From Octopus vulgaris (taxonomy: Eukaryota): a stretch of DNA of 64,000 nucleotides. Of the stretch, positions 1 to 12,794 are shown piece after piece. The position numbers were made by a program, and so were the translations under genes. The stretch covers positions 114,514,001-114,578,000 of the forward strand of contig OX597814.1 in assembly GCA_951406725.2 (NCBI GenBank), in the 5' to 3' direction. The number at the start of each line of letters is the position of its first letter. The first letter of the stretch is position 1. The notes under the pieces are model-generated. The model saw only the letters and a program-made list of their open reading frames with translations, was not told the origin of the DNA and did no database searches.

Positions 1-217
<217 letters not shown>

Positions 218-410
218 TACATTATATAAAAGGGCTTAGTAAAATAAATTACTTTGCCGCATACTGAACTCATTAGAAATAGCAGCTAAAAAAACTTTTT
301 TAAAACTATTTCCAATACTTAAAGAAAATCTCTCTCATATAGTGCTTGTTCAATTCAACTCACGAAAGTATGAGGGTAGAAACATTAAAAAATCAAATGC
401 AAAGGTTATT

Positions 411-463
411 TGAGAACGTACGTTTCAAGATTAGTCAAACTCGACACTTCTATCATCAGCTCA
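411..463 (-). ncRNA. Type-I hammerhead ribozyme-like motif (inverted copy)
   Basis: Exact reverse complement of 504-556. Confidence 0.6.
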
Positions 464-503
464 GAACTCCCTGGTTTGGATTTTAATCCAAACCAGGGAG
501 TTC

Positions 504-556
504 TGAGCTGATGATAGAAGTGTCGAGTTTGACTAATCTTGAAACGTACGTTCTCA
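504..556 (+). ncRNA. Type-I hammerhead ribozyme-like motif, stem II imperfect
   Basis: Stem I tgag/ctca, CTGATGA 508-514, GAAA 541-544, palindromic stem III ACGTACGT, cleavage triplet GUU. Confidence 0.6.
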
Positions 557-1062
557 AATAACCTTTGCATTTGATTTTTTAATGTTTCTACCCTCATACT
601 TTCGTGAGTTGAATTGAACAAGCACTATATGAGAGAGATTTTCTTTAAGTATTGGAAATAGTTTTAAAAAAGTTTTTTTAGCTGCTATTTCTAATGAGTT
701 CAGTATGCGGCAAAGTAATTTATTTTACTAAGCCCTTTTATATAATGTAATAATTTGAATTCGCCTTAAATGGTCCCTTTGCATACTGAATACTTGGTGA
801 AATTGATTAATTAATTAATTTTACCCTCAATTGTTGAAATTATAATTCATCTTTCTCTATTTAATGCCTCGGATTTTACCGAAAAAAAGCATGTTGTTTG
901 TTGATTTTAACCCACGCTGGTGGAAGGGGGAGAGCAGAAATTCTTCGCTTGCATATTTGAATTTGCTGGCACTGTTAGTTGCGAGTAGATCTTCGGAGGC
1001 GATGGGAAGCCGAATAGGTATGCTCCTGCTTTCAGTGTTTTCAAATCCAAACCAGGGAGTTC

Positions 1063-1115
1063 TGAGCTGATGATAGAAGTGTCGAGTTTGACTAATCTTG
1101 AAATGTACGTTCTCA
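1063..1115 (+). ncRNA. Type-I hammerhead ribozyme-like motif (second tandem copy)
   Basis: CTGATGA 1067-1073, GAAA 1100-1103; one C>T in stem III gives a U-G pair. Confidence 0.55.
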
Positions 1116-1397
1116 AATAACCTTTGCATTTGATTTTTTAATGTTTCTACCCTCATACTTTCGTGAGTTGAATTGAACAAGCACTATATGAGAGAGATTT
1201 TCTTTAAGTATTGGAAATAGTTTTTAAAAAATTTTTTTAGCTGCTATTTCTAATGAGTTCAGTATGCGGCAAAGTAATTTATTTTACTAAGCCCTTTTAT
1301 ATAATGTAATAATTTGAATTCGCCTTAAATGGTCCCTTTGCATACTGAATACTTGGTGAAATTGATTAATTAATTAATTTCACCCTCAATTGTTGAA

Positions 1398-1492
<95 letters not shown>

Positions 1493-1515
1493 CTATATGT
1501 GTATATATACTTCAT

Positions 1516-1862
1516 AGGTGCAGGCATGGCTGTGTGGTAAGAAGCTTGCTTTCCAACTCCATGTCTCTGGGTTCAGTCCCACTGCGTAGCACCTTGGGCA
1601 GGTGTCTTCTACTATAGTCTCGGGCCGATAAAAGCCTTGTGAGTGGATTTGGAGGCGGAAACTGAAAAAAAAAACCCCGTCGTATATTTATGTCTGTGTG
1701 TCTTTGTGCTTATGTTTGTCTGTGTATGTCTTTTCACAATCGCTTGACAACCGATGTCAGTGTGTTTACCACCCCAAAAAGTGAACGATCGAATAAGCAC
1801 TAGGCTTACAAAGAATGGCCGCAGTCAAATGACAAACAAGTAACAGAATAAAATAAAAGAAT
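1516..1862 (+). mobile_element. tRNA-derived SINE, group A (CORE-like), internally deleted
   Basis: A/B-box-like head (tggctgtgtggtaag...gggttcagtccc), CORE-like gcaccttgggca.gtgtctt, tail gaataaaa; many copies in the window. Confidence 0.85.
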
Positions 1863-2078
1863 ATATATATGTATGTATATATATATATATATATATAGAA
1901 AATAGTAAAAAGTGAAAAAACTACAGAAGGATTAAAGGTTAAAAAATATATATATTTGCGTCAATATGTCTGAAGAATATTAAAAATTGTTTTCCCTACA
2001 ATGACATAGTTTAGAAGAAAGACCGGTTTCGCGTCACAAACCAATTTTCTTATCTATCTATCTATATATATATATATA

Positions 2079-2464
2079 TTACTCTTTTACTTGTTTCAGT
2101 CATTTGAGTGCGGCCATGCTGGAGCACCGCCTTTAGTCGAACAAATCAACCCCAGGACTTATTCTTTGTAAGCTTAGTACTTATTCTATCCGTCTCTTTT
2201 GCCGAGCCCTAAGTTACGAAGACGTAAACACAGCAGCATTGGTTGTCAAGTGATGGTGGGGAACAAATAGGAAAACACACACACACACACACATATTTAT
2301 ACGACGGGCTTCTTTCAGTTTCCGTTTACCAGATCTACTCACAAGACTTTGGTCGGTTCGAGGTTATAGTAGAAGACACTTGTCCAAGGTACCACACAGT
2401 GGAACGGAATCCGGAACCATGCGGTCGAGAAGCAAGTTTCTTACCACACAGCTATTCCTGCGCC
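2079..2464 (-). mobile_element. SINE group A
   Basis: Reverse complement matches the copies at 42560 and 54365 end to end. Confidence 0.9.
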
Positions 2465-2489
2465 CATATACATACGCAAATATATATAT

Positions 2490-2676
2490 ATGAGTCACCA
2501 TGATTGACCGCTTTTTTTTGTATTCTCTCTGTTTATTTCATCATGTACCTTTGTGTTGACGAGCATAGCCTCGAAATGTAAACAACTTCCTCACTTTCTC
2601 GAGCGTCAAACTAATACACCTGCATGTTGTATATACACCCGTCTTCGTGTTTTGTTTTTCTGGAAATTTCAACTAC
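2490..2676 (+). mobile_element. Short (TA)n-embedded pLTR-like remnant with decayed HHR core
   Basis: ttgacgagcatagcctcgaaatgta near 2556-2580; similar layout to 5983-6189; its 3' part recurs inverted at about 49865-49965. Confidence 0.5.
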
Positions 2677-2683
2677 ATATATA

Positions 2684-2761
<78 letters not shown>

Positions 2762-2778
2762 GTATATATATGTATATA

Positions 2779-2814
<36 letters not shown>

Positions 2815-2892
2815 TGTGTGTGTGTATGTATGTATGTACGTATGTATGTATGTATGTATGTATGTATGTATGTATATGTATATGTATACATA

Positions 2893-3188
2893 AAGCTATT
2901 AAGCGGGTAAACAAATTAAATATATTAAATATAACAGCTTGGCTACGAAATACAAAATATGTATATATGTATGCATGCAGAACGAGAGAAAGCAAAAGGT
3001 GATTTCCAGACGATAAATATTTATTAATCTAAATATCTATATTTTTATACTTCAGTATTTATCGTCTGAAAGTCTCCATATTTTGCTTTCTCTCGTTTTG
3101 CATGTATATATATATATACATACTTCGTATATTGTATCCAAGATATTATATTTAATATATCTAATTTGTTTATCCGCTTAATTGCTTC
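2893..3188. repeat. Imperfect fold-back inverted repeat
   Basis: aagctattaagcgggtaaacaaatta...ccagacgataaata pairs with tatttatcgtctg...taatttgtttatccgcttaattgctt. Confidence 0.85.
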
Positions 3189-3410
3189 TATATCCGCTCA
3201 ACTTGATATCTCTTATAGCCATTCTTTACCCTGTGGAATCGGTTCTCTGTGAAGATATCGAAGTCTAAGTTTGAATCTTTTGAGCACTACAAAGTGTCTT
3301 CTATACTGACAATCGCTGAATCTCATCTGTGAACTATACACATACATACATACATACATACATACATACATACATACATACATACATACATACATACATA
3401 CACACACATG

Positions 3411-3442
<32 letters not shown>

Positions 3443-3472
3443 AAGAATATGTATATATATATATATAGAATG

Positions 3473-3505
<33 letters not shown>

Positions 3506-3511
3506 CGGGGG

Positions 3512-4788
3512 TAGGGTTGGACAAAATAATGGAAACACCTTAAAATTTCAAACAAATTTATTTCAATATGGGGTAGAACCGCCTTTGGAAGTAATTACAG
3601 CTTGAATTCTACGAGGTATGGACTCGTACAAAGTTTGAATTGTTTCCAAAGGAATTGTTGTCTATTCTTTAGCTAAAACAGTCTCCAGTTCTTGTAGTGA
3701 TGATGGTGGAGGATGTCGACTCCTTACTTGTTTTTCTAAAATGTACTATAAATGTTCAATAATATTGAGATTTGGGGACTGGTGGCCAGATAAGATGTTC
3801 AACTTCACTAGAATGTTCCTCGTGCCATTTAGTCACAACTTTAGCTGTGTGAATTGGGGCATTATCATCCTGAAAGATGGCATTTCCCTCCGGAGACAGT
3901 TCTGCAACCATAGGATAAATTTTATAAGATAAAATGCTTAAATAATCTTGACTATTAATTCTGCCATGAAGGGAAACTATTGGGCCAGCGGATTTCCAAG
4001 ATATAGCTCCACCCCAGATCATCACAGATCCTTCTCCATATTTAACAGTTGGAAGAAGGCAGTCTGGATCAAATGCTTCTTTTGGCTGTCTCCACACGTA
4101 TACTCTGCCAGTGGTCGGAAATAAGGTAAAGGATGACTCGTCCGAGAAAATAACATTCTCCCACTACTCTAGGGACCAATTCTGTAGGTTTTTACTCCAC
4201 TCTAAACGCTTGCAACGTTTGTTTTTGAAAGTAGGGGTTTTCTGATTGCAGCCCCCCCCCGTGAAGTCCGGCTTTGTGCAGCTCCCGGCGAACAGTTTTT
4301 GTGGAAACTGGGTTCTCAATGTGATCAGTAAGCTCTGCAGCAATTTTCAGAGCTGCACTTTAGTGATCCTTTCTAACAATACTTGTAAGATTCCGACAGT
4401 CCATATCTGAAAGTTTTGGTTTTCTTCAAGAGTTTTGTTTTGACGATGAGGTTTTTCCCCCTTTCTCAAAGGATGTCATTACTTTCGGGACAGTACTTCT
4501 TGATACACTAAACATTTCGGCTGTTTTCGTTACGCTAGCGGCTGCCATACGAGCACCAACAATTTGACCTCATTCAAAGTCCGATAGATCTCTCATTTTA
4601 ATGAATTCTAATTACCTTTTTTCTGATGATATCTAAAAAGAAATAGCAATTTTAGCAAAACATATTAAGCAACACTAATAATAAATAAAAAAAAACATAA
4701 AAATAAACAAGCTTTTGACGGTTTTAGAGATATTTCAAAATTATGATGCTATGATGCTTGGTGTTTCCATTATTTTGTCCAACCCCTG
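3512..4788 (-). mobile_element. Tc1-family DNA transposon, full length, decayed
   Basis: TIRs gggttggacaaaataatggaaacacc / ggtgtttccattattttgtccaacccctg followed by TA; transposase remnants inside. Confidence 0.93.
3563..4596 (-). pseudogene. Tc1-like transposase pseudogene (apparent DD36E spacing)
   Basis: MRDLSDFE*GQIVGARMA start; IFSDES, TVKYGEGSVMIWG, FQDDNAPIH and WPP.SPNLNIIEH motifs; stops and frameshifts. Confidence 0.9.
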
Positions 4789-5123
4789 TATATATGTTAA
4801 TTCATAGCTTGCCTATTCTTATAATATATTCGCTGGCTGTCGTGAGGGGATTTAAAATTGACTAACCTTGGATGTATACGTGCAAATATTTGTATGTAGA
4901 CGTGTGAACTTGATTTGTGCGGTATGCACGATTATTTGGACTTATATTTCCTTGTGTACTGTGTTCATGAAGAAAGAAAGCTTATTTTCGGCTTTAAACC
5001 AGAAATTGGAACCGATTCACAATTAACGTGAAGTCATTTTAATTTTCTCTTTTCTAGAGATAGGTCGTTTTCGCCCATGCGAAATATAATTATATGCATA
5101 TGTATATTATTATTAATCTAATC

Positions 5124-5169
<46 letters not shown>

Positions 5170-5170
<1 letters not shown>

Positions 5171-5278
5171 ATTGTAACTGCCCGAAATAGTCGTGACTTC
5201 TGGGACTTGACTGATGAAAGAAAGCCAAGAATGATCCGTCTTTCAGAACGTTTTAATGCCCTCTATTGCGTTTTTGTT

Positions 5279-5280
<2 letters not shown>
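5170..5280 (+). mobile_element. pLTR-like remnant with decayed HHR
   Basis: ttga-CTGATGA-aaga...tctttc-agaacg-ttttaa (5207-5256); lies between (CA)n and (TA)n. Confidence 0.4.
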
Positions 5281-5342
<62 letters not shown>

Positions 5343-5435
5343 GAATAGATAGAGACATGTATACATACATACACATATATATACATATGCATATACATAT
5401 GCATGTACATACATTCATACATTCATATCCCCCCC

Positions 5436-5485
<50 letters not shown>

Positions 5486-5671
5486 ATAGATAGATATATC
5501 AAAGGCAAGTAGGGTTAGCGGTTGGAATAACCGTCTAAGGGATAAGAATATATATTCTTACTACCGGTATCAATTGCCTATGTTAACCCTGGGCATGGGT
5601 ATGCAATCACACTATGCTCATAGGGTACAGGTAATAGCAGAATAAACAACTGTTTATCAGGAGTCAAATTT

Positions 5672-5802
5672 AAATATGCAGAAAATGGAGAAAATGTTTT
5701 GATCAACAAATTGACCAAAATCTATTAATTATTTTTTAACATAAATCTTAAGCCTGGTCAATTTGTCTGTTTGTCGATGAAAAGTTTTCTCCATGTTCTG
5801 CT

Positions 5803-5806
<4 letters not shown>
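5672..5806. repeat. Imperfect inverted repeat ending at (TA)n
   Basis: gcagaaaatggagaaaa...caaattgacca versus tggtcaatttg...ttttctccatgttctgc. Confidence 0.7.
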
Positions 5807-5834
<28 letters not shown>

Positions 5835-5982
5835 CAGTCAGTCAGCCAGTCTGTCTGCTTGCCTCACTGTCTGTCTGTCTTTCTCTTTCTCTCTCTCTCT
5901 CTGCCTGTATACTTCTCTGTCTCTCTCTCTCTGTCTCTGCCTGTATATCTCTCTGTCTCTCTTTCTCTCTGTATATATATAT

Positions 5983-6189
5983 GTGACCGCGTGTGTACCA
6001 TTGGCGATTTTTTTCCTCCGTCTTCCCTTCTTTGGATCTTTCCTTTTCCTATGTTTCTGACGAAGAGCTCCGCTCGAAACGTTAAATCCTCCTTCTTTCC
6101 TTCTTTCTTGAGCGTCCAATAATACTATACTTGTTTCAAGTCCTCCGTTGTTGTGTTGTCTCTTTGTGTTTTCATGTTTGGATTTACTC
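5983..6189 (+). mobile_element. Short pLTR-like element carrying a minimal HHR
   Basis: Microsatellite-flanked; contains the 6053-6087 motif. Confidence 0.55.
6053..6087 (+). ncRNA. Minimal type-I hammerhead ribozyme motif
   Basis: gttt-CTGACGA-a-gagc(tcc)gctc-GAAA-cgt-t-aaat. Stem III is reduced to the palindrome ACGT, as in minimal (dimer-forming) Penelope HHRs. Confidence 0.6.
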
Positions 6190-6260
6190 TCTCTCTCCCC
6201 CCCTCTCTCTCTATCTCTCCCCCCTCTCTCTCTATCTCTCCCCCCTCTCTCTCTCTCCTC

Positions 6261-6305
<45 letters not shown>

Positions 6306-6841
6306 CATGGTCCTGGGTCCAGTGTCACCTTGGGCAAGCCTTGTGATGGAATTTGGTAGACAGAAACGACACATTAACCCAGCAAATGGTCAATGACTGT
6401 GCTACTAAAGTGTACCAGGTCGTAAAACCTACCGTGCTCATAAAAACCATCATCATCATCATTACCATCATCATCATCAATACCATCATCATCCTTACCG
6501 TCATCATCACCGCAAACACTACTACCTCCCAACCCACCACTATCATCACTATCTTCATCTTTTTATGATCGCTGTCATCATCACACCTCCTTTTAGACCT
6601 TTATGTGTGCGTGCGTGCGTGTGAACGCGTTTGTTCCCCACTACCACTTGACAATGCTGTGATGCTGTGTTTAATGTCCCCGATAGATAGAAGCTGTCAG
6701 AATAAGAACCAGGCTTAAAAAAAACTATATATCTATATATATAAATATATGAGTGTGAAAAATTCGATATTAATTTGATAACATCAATTTTAACACCAGT
6801 GGTCTAGCTTATATAAAAAAGTGAGGTTCAGTAAATAGTAT

Positions 6842-7014
6842 TACATACATATACAAGAGGGAATTTACCACTACGTGGAAACCCTTATGCTAGAAGAAGA
6901 TCCGCTATAGTCTTACCACTAAGAGAACAATTCTTAGTGGTAAGACCATAGCGGATCTTCTTCTAGCATAAGGGTTTCCACATAGTGGTAAATTCCCTCT
7001 TGTATATGTATGTA
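6842..7014. repeat. Near-perfect inverted repeat (about 83-bp arms) at the 5' edge of the Penelope-like remnant
   Basis: tacatacatatacaagaggg...ccactaaga / tcttagtgg...ccctcttgtatatgtatgta; related sequence at about 45290-45360. Confidence 0.9.
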
Positions 7015-8162
7015 TAAATATATGTATATATATGTATGTAAAATACCTCCCTGCAACCGAGAAGTCAGTATAGTCATCTTGGCTACTGAGTGGAATATTG
7101 GTAACTTGAGAATCAAGGAGGCTATTTTCATTAAATACCAGAAACCAACAACAGAACCAAGCTGAATGGCATGGGATAACTTTTCTAATTACTTTGCTTT
7201 ACCTACCTTTTACCAACTCACCTTTTCTTGCCTTTCTAACCAATTTCTCTCACTCATCCTCCACATCACAACGATTTTTATTTACTATATCCAACAGCTT
7301 TGTACAACAAAGAAATTCCCAAAATGCATCACATTACCTTAGTGACGTTTACCTACCTGCCCTTCTGTTGCCACGCCGTTCTATCAACTGTTACTGATAC
7401 TTCCAAACTTTATCAAACAACTATTTATATGGAATTTCAGGCAATACTTTCGAAACAACACGTTAGAATGACATACTGACATCAATAAATTGCTCCGAAC
7501 TCTTTGATAATTTTCTTTCTTTTATTTGAAAAGAGAATGTGTTCCCAAAATATAGCAGGCTTTTTAAACGACTAACGTAAAGTAATGCATTCTCTTTTCT
7601 CCTTTTCTTTTCATCCAGTGATATCCTCGTACATGTTTAGCTTAATTCCTCATCTGCATTGTTCAACGATTTTTATGCAAACGTTTATCTCATTTACACA
7701 TATTGCAATGCTTTAAGCAAATTACAATAGACTTTTATCCCTACACCTAACCAGGCTAAATCTGTGACTATAATAAAATTATTCAATCTTTCGGAGAAAC
7801 GTGCCAATTTTGCCAGCCAAATCAATTTCCTTAAATGCTGTTTGAAAGCCGATGTCATCCCGCCATTATTATCCGCAACATCCATTCATCTACATTCTTT
7901 CAATCACTCCGAATCAATAATTCCTTGAACTTTTTACACCGGTTTTGCATTAAGAAACTTCTACAGTATCTACTTCGCCAACTTCATTTAAACACATTTT
8001 AAATCTTGACCCAACAACAAAAGTACAACTATAGGATTTAGCCACTACCTTAGACCGATGCTATCATAATTCCACAGATCTAGACAAAAGCCACTGATTA
8101 AACGTAAATTTCTCTGGATCTGTAACAAACACTATTCGCATTTGGACATTATTTTAATTAAC

Positions 8163-8542
8163 TGGTTCGTCTATCGTTGTCGACGATAACCATGCACTTT
8201 ATATGCGAGAAGACGGAGCACGGTGCGTCCGGCTCCAGATGCGGCCGATCAGTCTGATGCATGCTCGGAAGGCTCAACTGCAGGTCGGGCATTGGTGGTC
8301 TGTTGGGACTGAAGGCAAGGAGTTGGCTCTGGACCTGCGTAGTTCGCGTTTTCTTTGTGTCACTGCAACCTTGTTCTGTCCATAAAGTGACATCTCTGTT
8401 GGTGCAGCTTCAGCAGGCAGGCTGGTCTTGTGCTTGCGTTTTCCAGGTGTCGGGGTTGATCTCAAAGCTCTTCAATGGGGCTTTGAGTGTGTCCTTGAAG
8501 CGCTTTTTCTGCTTGCCTTCCACCAGTTCGCTGTAAAACAGC
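8163..8542 (-). mobile_element. RTE-clade LINE 3' fragment
   Basis: LFYSEL..GKQKKRFKDTLKAPLKSFEINPDTW and CPTC..AF..RLI.R zinc-finger-like C-terminus; 3' end gtcgacaacgatagacgaacc. Confidence 0.85.
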
Positions 8543-10200
8543 CCCACCTGGACAAACACTTCTCTAAAACTCAAACCAATAACGTACTCTATCACGCAAT
8601 CCGACATCACAATCCAACAACCACTCTTAATAAATCTAACTGGATCTCTTTCCCACTCTGGACTCGAACTTCTTAGTACCAGATCCAAATTCATCCTAAC
8701 ACAAGGGATCGACGACAAAGTTATGATTGACATGAAAATTAGCTTCTGCTGTACAGACTACCAACTGAAAAGAATTTCTAATCTCAACTCCTACAACCAC
8801 CACACCACCACTATGACTTGTACCGCTCTCACCACATCACCACTAGGATTAGAGCTTCTCCCAGTCCACAGTATACTCTACCTGTCACCTCGATAAGCTT
8901 TGTCCACCTATCCCGTCAACCATGAACTCAATCTTAAATTTGAGGAACTGAAGAGACTCACCTTCAAATCTTTCATGAGCACACATCTAACCCCTAACTC
9001 TCTTATTGATAACATCTGGCTATGAAAAACCTCATATATAAAGACCTAATTTATAACTCATTGAACAAAAGAAATGAATTCTGTACCGTTATCCAATTTT
9101 AGTTACAAACACCTTAGCACTTGGACATCTCGACAACAACGGTTTTTATATGACAGTCACAAACATAACATGCTCCCAGATTGAAGAACACATCAGCACC
9201 ACTTGGATTAAGATCTATAACCAGAAAAACGTCCGTTGCAAATTTATGAGCAACAGAAACCACCAAAGAATTTTACCCTTTCTACGACCTTATTAAAACA
9301 GGTAGCCCAGGGCCCGATCTAAATTAAACCTACTGTCTTTAGTATCAACAGACCTGTTTACAAAGTTTCCTGACTCCTCTTAAGGATATTTAGACCTCTC
9401 CTATGTTCTTTCCCTGGTCATTTAGTCTGCTCAGATGAGATTATTCAGAGACTCCACTGATCCCGACCAGATATACGCAAGCACAGTAGGTATGTTTTCA
9501 GCCTCGATGTAATTATCTCTCAACACCTCTGCACATGCCCTCGCACGGAGCTTTTTATCTGGTGACAGACTGAACTATCTCTTGCAAAGTCAACTACTAC
9601 AGTCGCACCACTATGGACATCCACCAACTTTCCATCATTGTTACAAACACAGAATTCGCCCTTCACACTAAACAAAACTCCGGGATCCAGTCTTTTAAGT
9701 CTGCTACCTTATGGAGTACATGAATGTTTTGGAAAGCTCAGCACTCATCACCTGTGATTCATACTCTTTCTTTACAAGGGACCTTGATGACTTTATGTAT
9801 TATTCTAACGACAATGGAGCAAATTCTATATTTGATACATTCAATAATATTGATAAGTACATTTATTTCACAGTGGAACGCGCCGACGAAATAAGAGCTC
9901 ACCCTCTACTTGACTTTGTAATCAACATTTCAAAAGGTGACATCACTGCAAGATTCTATAAAAAGGGCCTGCCTGTACCGCACCAAGCGCTTTAAGTGAG
10001 TCCAACTCCTCTGTGCCAAGAACAATTACATCCAAAATGAAGTTTCTTGCATTCGTAACTAATGGAGCGAGGTGACTGCCCGAGCAATTTATATCACAAA
10101 TTTCCCAAAGTTTGAAACTCAAAGGATACTCCCATATCTTTCACCGTTCTCTACAAGGTTCACGGCATAAAATACAGAACAACCATTACAAAGATACTTC

Positions 10201-10753
10201 CTATTTCTTTACTACCCACAAGGGGCTAAACACAGAGAGGACAATCAAGGACAGACAAACGGATTAAGTCGATTATATCGACCCCAGTGCATAACTGGTA
10301 CTTATTTAATCGATCCCGAAAGGATGAAAGGCAAAGTCGACCTCGGCAGAATTTGAACTCTAAACGTAGCGGAAGACGAAATACCTATTTCTTTATTACC
10401 CACAAAGGAATAAACACAGAGGAGACAAACAAGGACAGACAGATGGATTAAGTCAATTATATCGACCCCAGTGCGTAACTGGTACTTATTTAATCAACCC
10501 CGAAAGGATGAAAGGCAAAGTCGACCTCGGCGGAATTTGAACTCAGAACGTAACGGCAGACGAAATACCGCAAAGCATTTCGCCCGGCGTGCCAACGTGT
10601 CTGCCAGCTCGCCGCCTTAATTGTACTATACAATTTCTGTCTTCTCAGTTTCACTCACAAGGTATTGTTTGACACAAGGCTCTAGAAAAGACACTAGCCC
10701 AAAATGTCATGCAGGGGAACTAACCCCGAGATATCGTGACAGCGAAGGGAATT
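10201..10753 (-). mobile_element. SINE group B dimer plus about 135 bp of upstream flank; candidate TSD tacttc
   Basis: Head aaggcggcgagctggcag; Nin/Deu-like gcctttcatcctttcggggtcgat; two body units; tacttc at 10195-10200 and 10754-10759. Confidence 0.85.
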
Positions 10754-11198
10754 TACTTCATTCTTTAAACTTAGCAAGCTCATTGCCCTCGCCCTTCAGA
10801 AAGCCACTCGTGAAGAGCGGTCACTTATACATACCTCTGTCCCACTCTAGATCCTCAATGTGTTGAGTACTTGCCAAAAAACACTTCCCAGCACTGACAT
10901 CAGTTATATTTTAACCACCTGCCCTATCTGTGACACAGACATATGTCTCCGTGCGTAAGTATTGTACCAGGTCAGAAGCGATAAATCTGGAGATCGTTAT
11001 ATCGCCAGCACGATCTGGAATCTCCACTCGCAGATCAAAGAACATTTGAGCACAGGTGATTCGTCGTATGTGTGGGGGTTCTTCCTTGTCGATGAGTTTT
11101 TTTTATCTATCTATCTGTCTGCCTGTCTGTCTGTCTGTCTATATTTCTATCTATTTATCTCTCTGCCTCTGTGCGTGTGTGCGCGCGTGCATGTTTGT

Positions 11199-11242
<44 letters not shown>

Positions 11243-11528
11243 TTGTGAATGTTTAAGATGATCTAGTCACAACCACGCGCGCGGACACATACAAATTTGT
11301 GTGTGCATGTATATATATATATATATATATATATAAAGAACTATATATAAGTGGAAATGCCCTTATTTTTAGGTGCGTGTGTGTTAGTGTTGATTGGGAA
11401 GCTGAGAAAAAAGGCAAGAGATAAAAGTTCGTGAGTTGAGTCAGGAATGAGAATGTTTCCGTGGAAGCCTCATTTGCTAAACATAGCAGCTGAATTAACT
11501 TTCTATGGTACCTTGGTACGTTAGAGGG

Positions 11529-11852
11529 AAGGCGCATGGCTTAGTGGTTAGGGCATTCGGCTCACGATCGTAATGTCGTGATTTCAATTCCCGGCGACGT
11601 GTTGTATCCTTGAGCAAGACACTTTATTTCACATTGCTCCAGTCCACTCAGCCGGCATAAATGAGTTGTACATGTATTTCAAAGGGCCAGCCTTGTCACA
11701 CTCTGTGTTACGCTGAGTCTCCACGAGAACTACGCTAGGGGTACACGTGTTTGTGGGGCGCTTAGCCACTAGCACGTCAACTTCACCAGCAAGCTGTTCT
11801 GTTGATCGTATCAGCTGAGACACTCCTCGTCGTAACCGACGGAGGGCTCCCC
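11529..11852 (+). mobile_element. tRNA-derived SINE, group C
   Basis: aaggcgcatggcttagtggttagg head; tccttgagcaagacactttatttcac core shared with 22713 and 55458. Confidence 0.85.
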
Positions 11853-11924
11853 TTAGGTACGTTAGAAACGGATACCTGCAAAAAGAGGTACTTAAATGTT
11901 CTGTACAAAAGATGTTCATTAGTT

Positions 11925-12175
11925 AACCATGATGAATGGGATTATGAGGAGGAGGAAGAGGTGGAGGGTGGTAGTGGTAGTCATCAAAGTCATCATCATC
12001 ATCATCATCATCATCGTATTCATCATGATCAGGACCACTACCATCATCTACATCATAATCAGCATCATCACAACCACCGCAATAACATCATCATCACCAT
12101 CGCCACACCCCACCATCATCATTCTCAGCAAGAACAACAAAACAATAGCAAAACAAAAAACAACAACAATTACAA
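11925..12175. repeat. Degenerate GAG/CAT/CAA trinucleotide repeats
   Basis: Direct reading. Confidence 0.85.
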
Positions 12176-12310
12176 CAGATTCCATAGAATATTTGTCTGC
12201 ACATTATTTGTTTTTTTTTTCTTTGTTAGTCGATCTGGTATAAAACCCCTATTTTGGGTAACTTGCCTTTACCCAATAATTCCGGGATATATAATTTATG
12301 AACAAAACCA

Positions 12311-12651
12311 AGCGCAGGCATGGCTTCGTGGTAAGAAGCTTGCTTCCCAACTACATGGTTCCGGGTTCAGTCCCACTGAGTGGCACTTTGGGCAAGTGTC
12401 TTCAACTATAGGTTCTGATCGACCAAAGTCTTGTGAGTGTATTTGGTAGACGGAAACTATGTATTTGTGTGTCTGCTTGACAACTTATGTTGGTGTGTTT
12501 ACATCCCTGTAATTTAGTGGTTCGGTAAAAGAGAGCAATAGAATAAGTACGAGGCTTACAAAGAATAAGCCCTGGGGTCGATTTCTTCGACTAAAAGGCG
12601 GTGCTCCAGCATGGCCACAGTCAAAATGACTGAAGCAAGTAAAAGAATAAA
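12311..12651 (+). mobile_element. SINE group A
   Basis: Head and tail match the other group A copies; microsatellite middle deleted. Confidence 0.85.
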
Positions 12652-12794
12652 TCCGGCCCCTCCCCACCGAGGACGGCTTTGCCTTTAATCCCTTCAGGTT
12701 AAAGTACTAGTCAAGCATTAGAGCTTGTATCGACTTGCCCCTTTTCTCAAAACTAGTGATTTAGCTCGAGTCTACATTGAGAGCAATTATTATT

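Larger units (their letters stand above)
7040..11080 (+). pseudogene. Decayed Penelope-like retroelement (RT plus GIY-YIG endonuclease) with nested insertions
   Basis: RT motifs FSLDV (about 9497) and RDLDD...FNNIDKYIYFTVE...LLDF...FYKK (9711-9995). CPIC...VLYQVRSDKSGDRYIASTIWNLHSQIKEHL (10921-11050) is a GIY-YIG-type signature. 5' boundary approximate. Confidence 0.8.

Noticed and set aside
406-1180. Duplicated ORFs MFNSTHESMRVETL...
   Set aside because: By-products of the tandem and inverted repeat; they use non-ATG starts and have differing C-termini.
3228-3326. Minus-strand open segment MRFSDCQYRR...
   Set aside because: Weak splice context, next to a fold-back repeat and a microsatellite, and no recognisable homology.
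11802-12449. 215-aa His/Glu-rich ORF
   Set aside because: Composed of a SINE tail, trinucleotide repeats and a SINE head.
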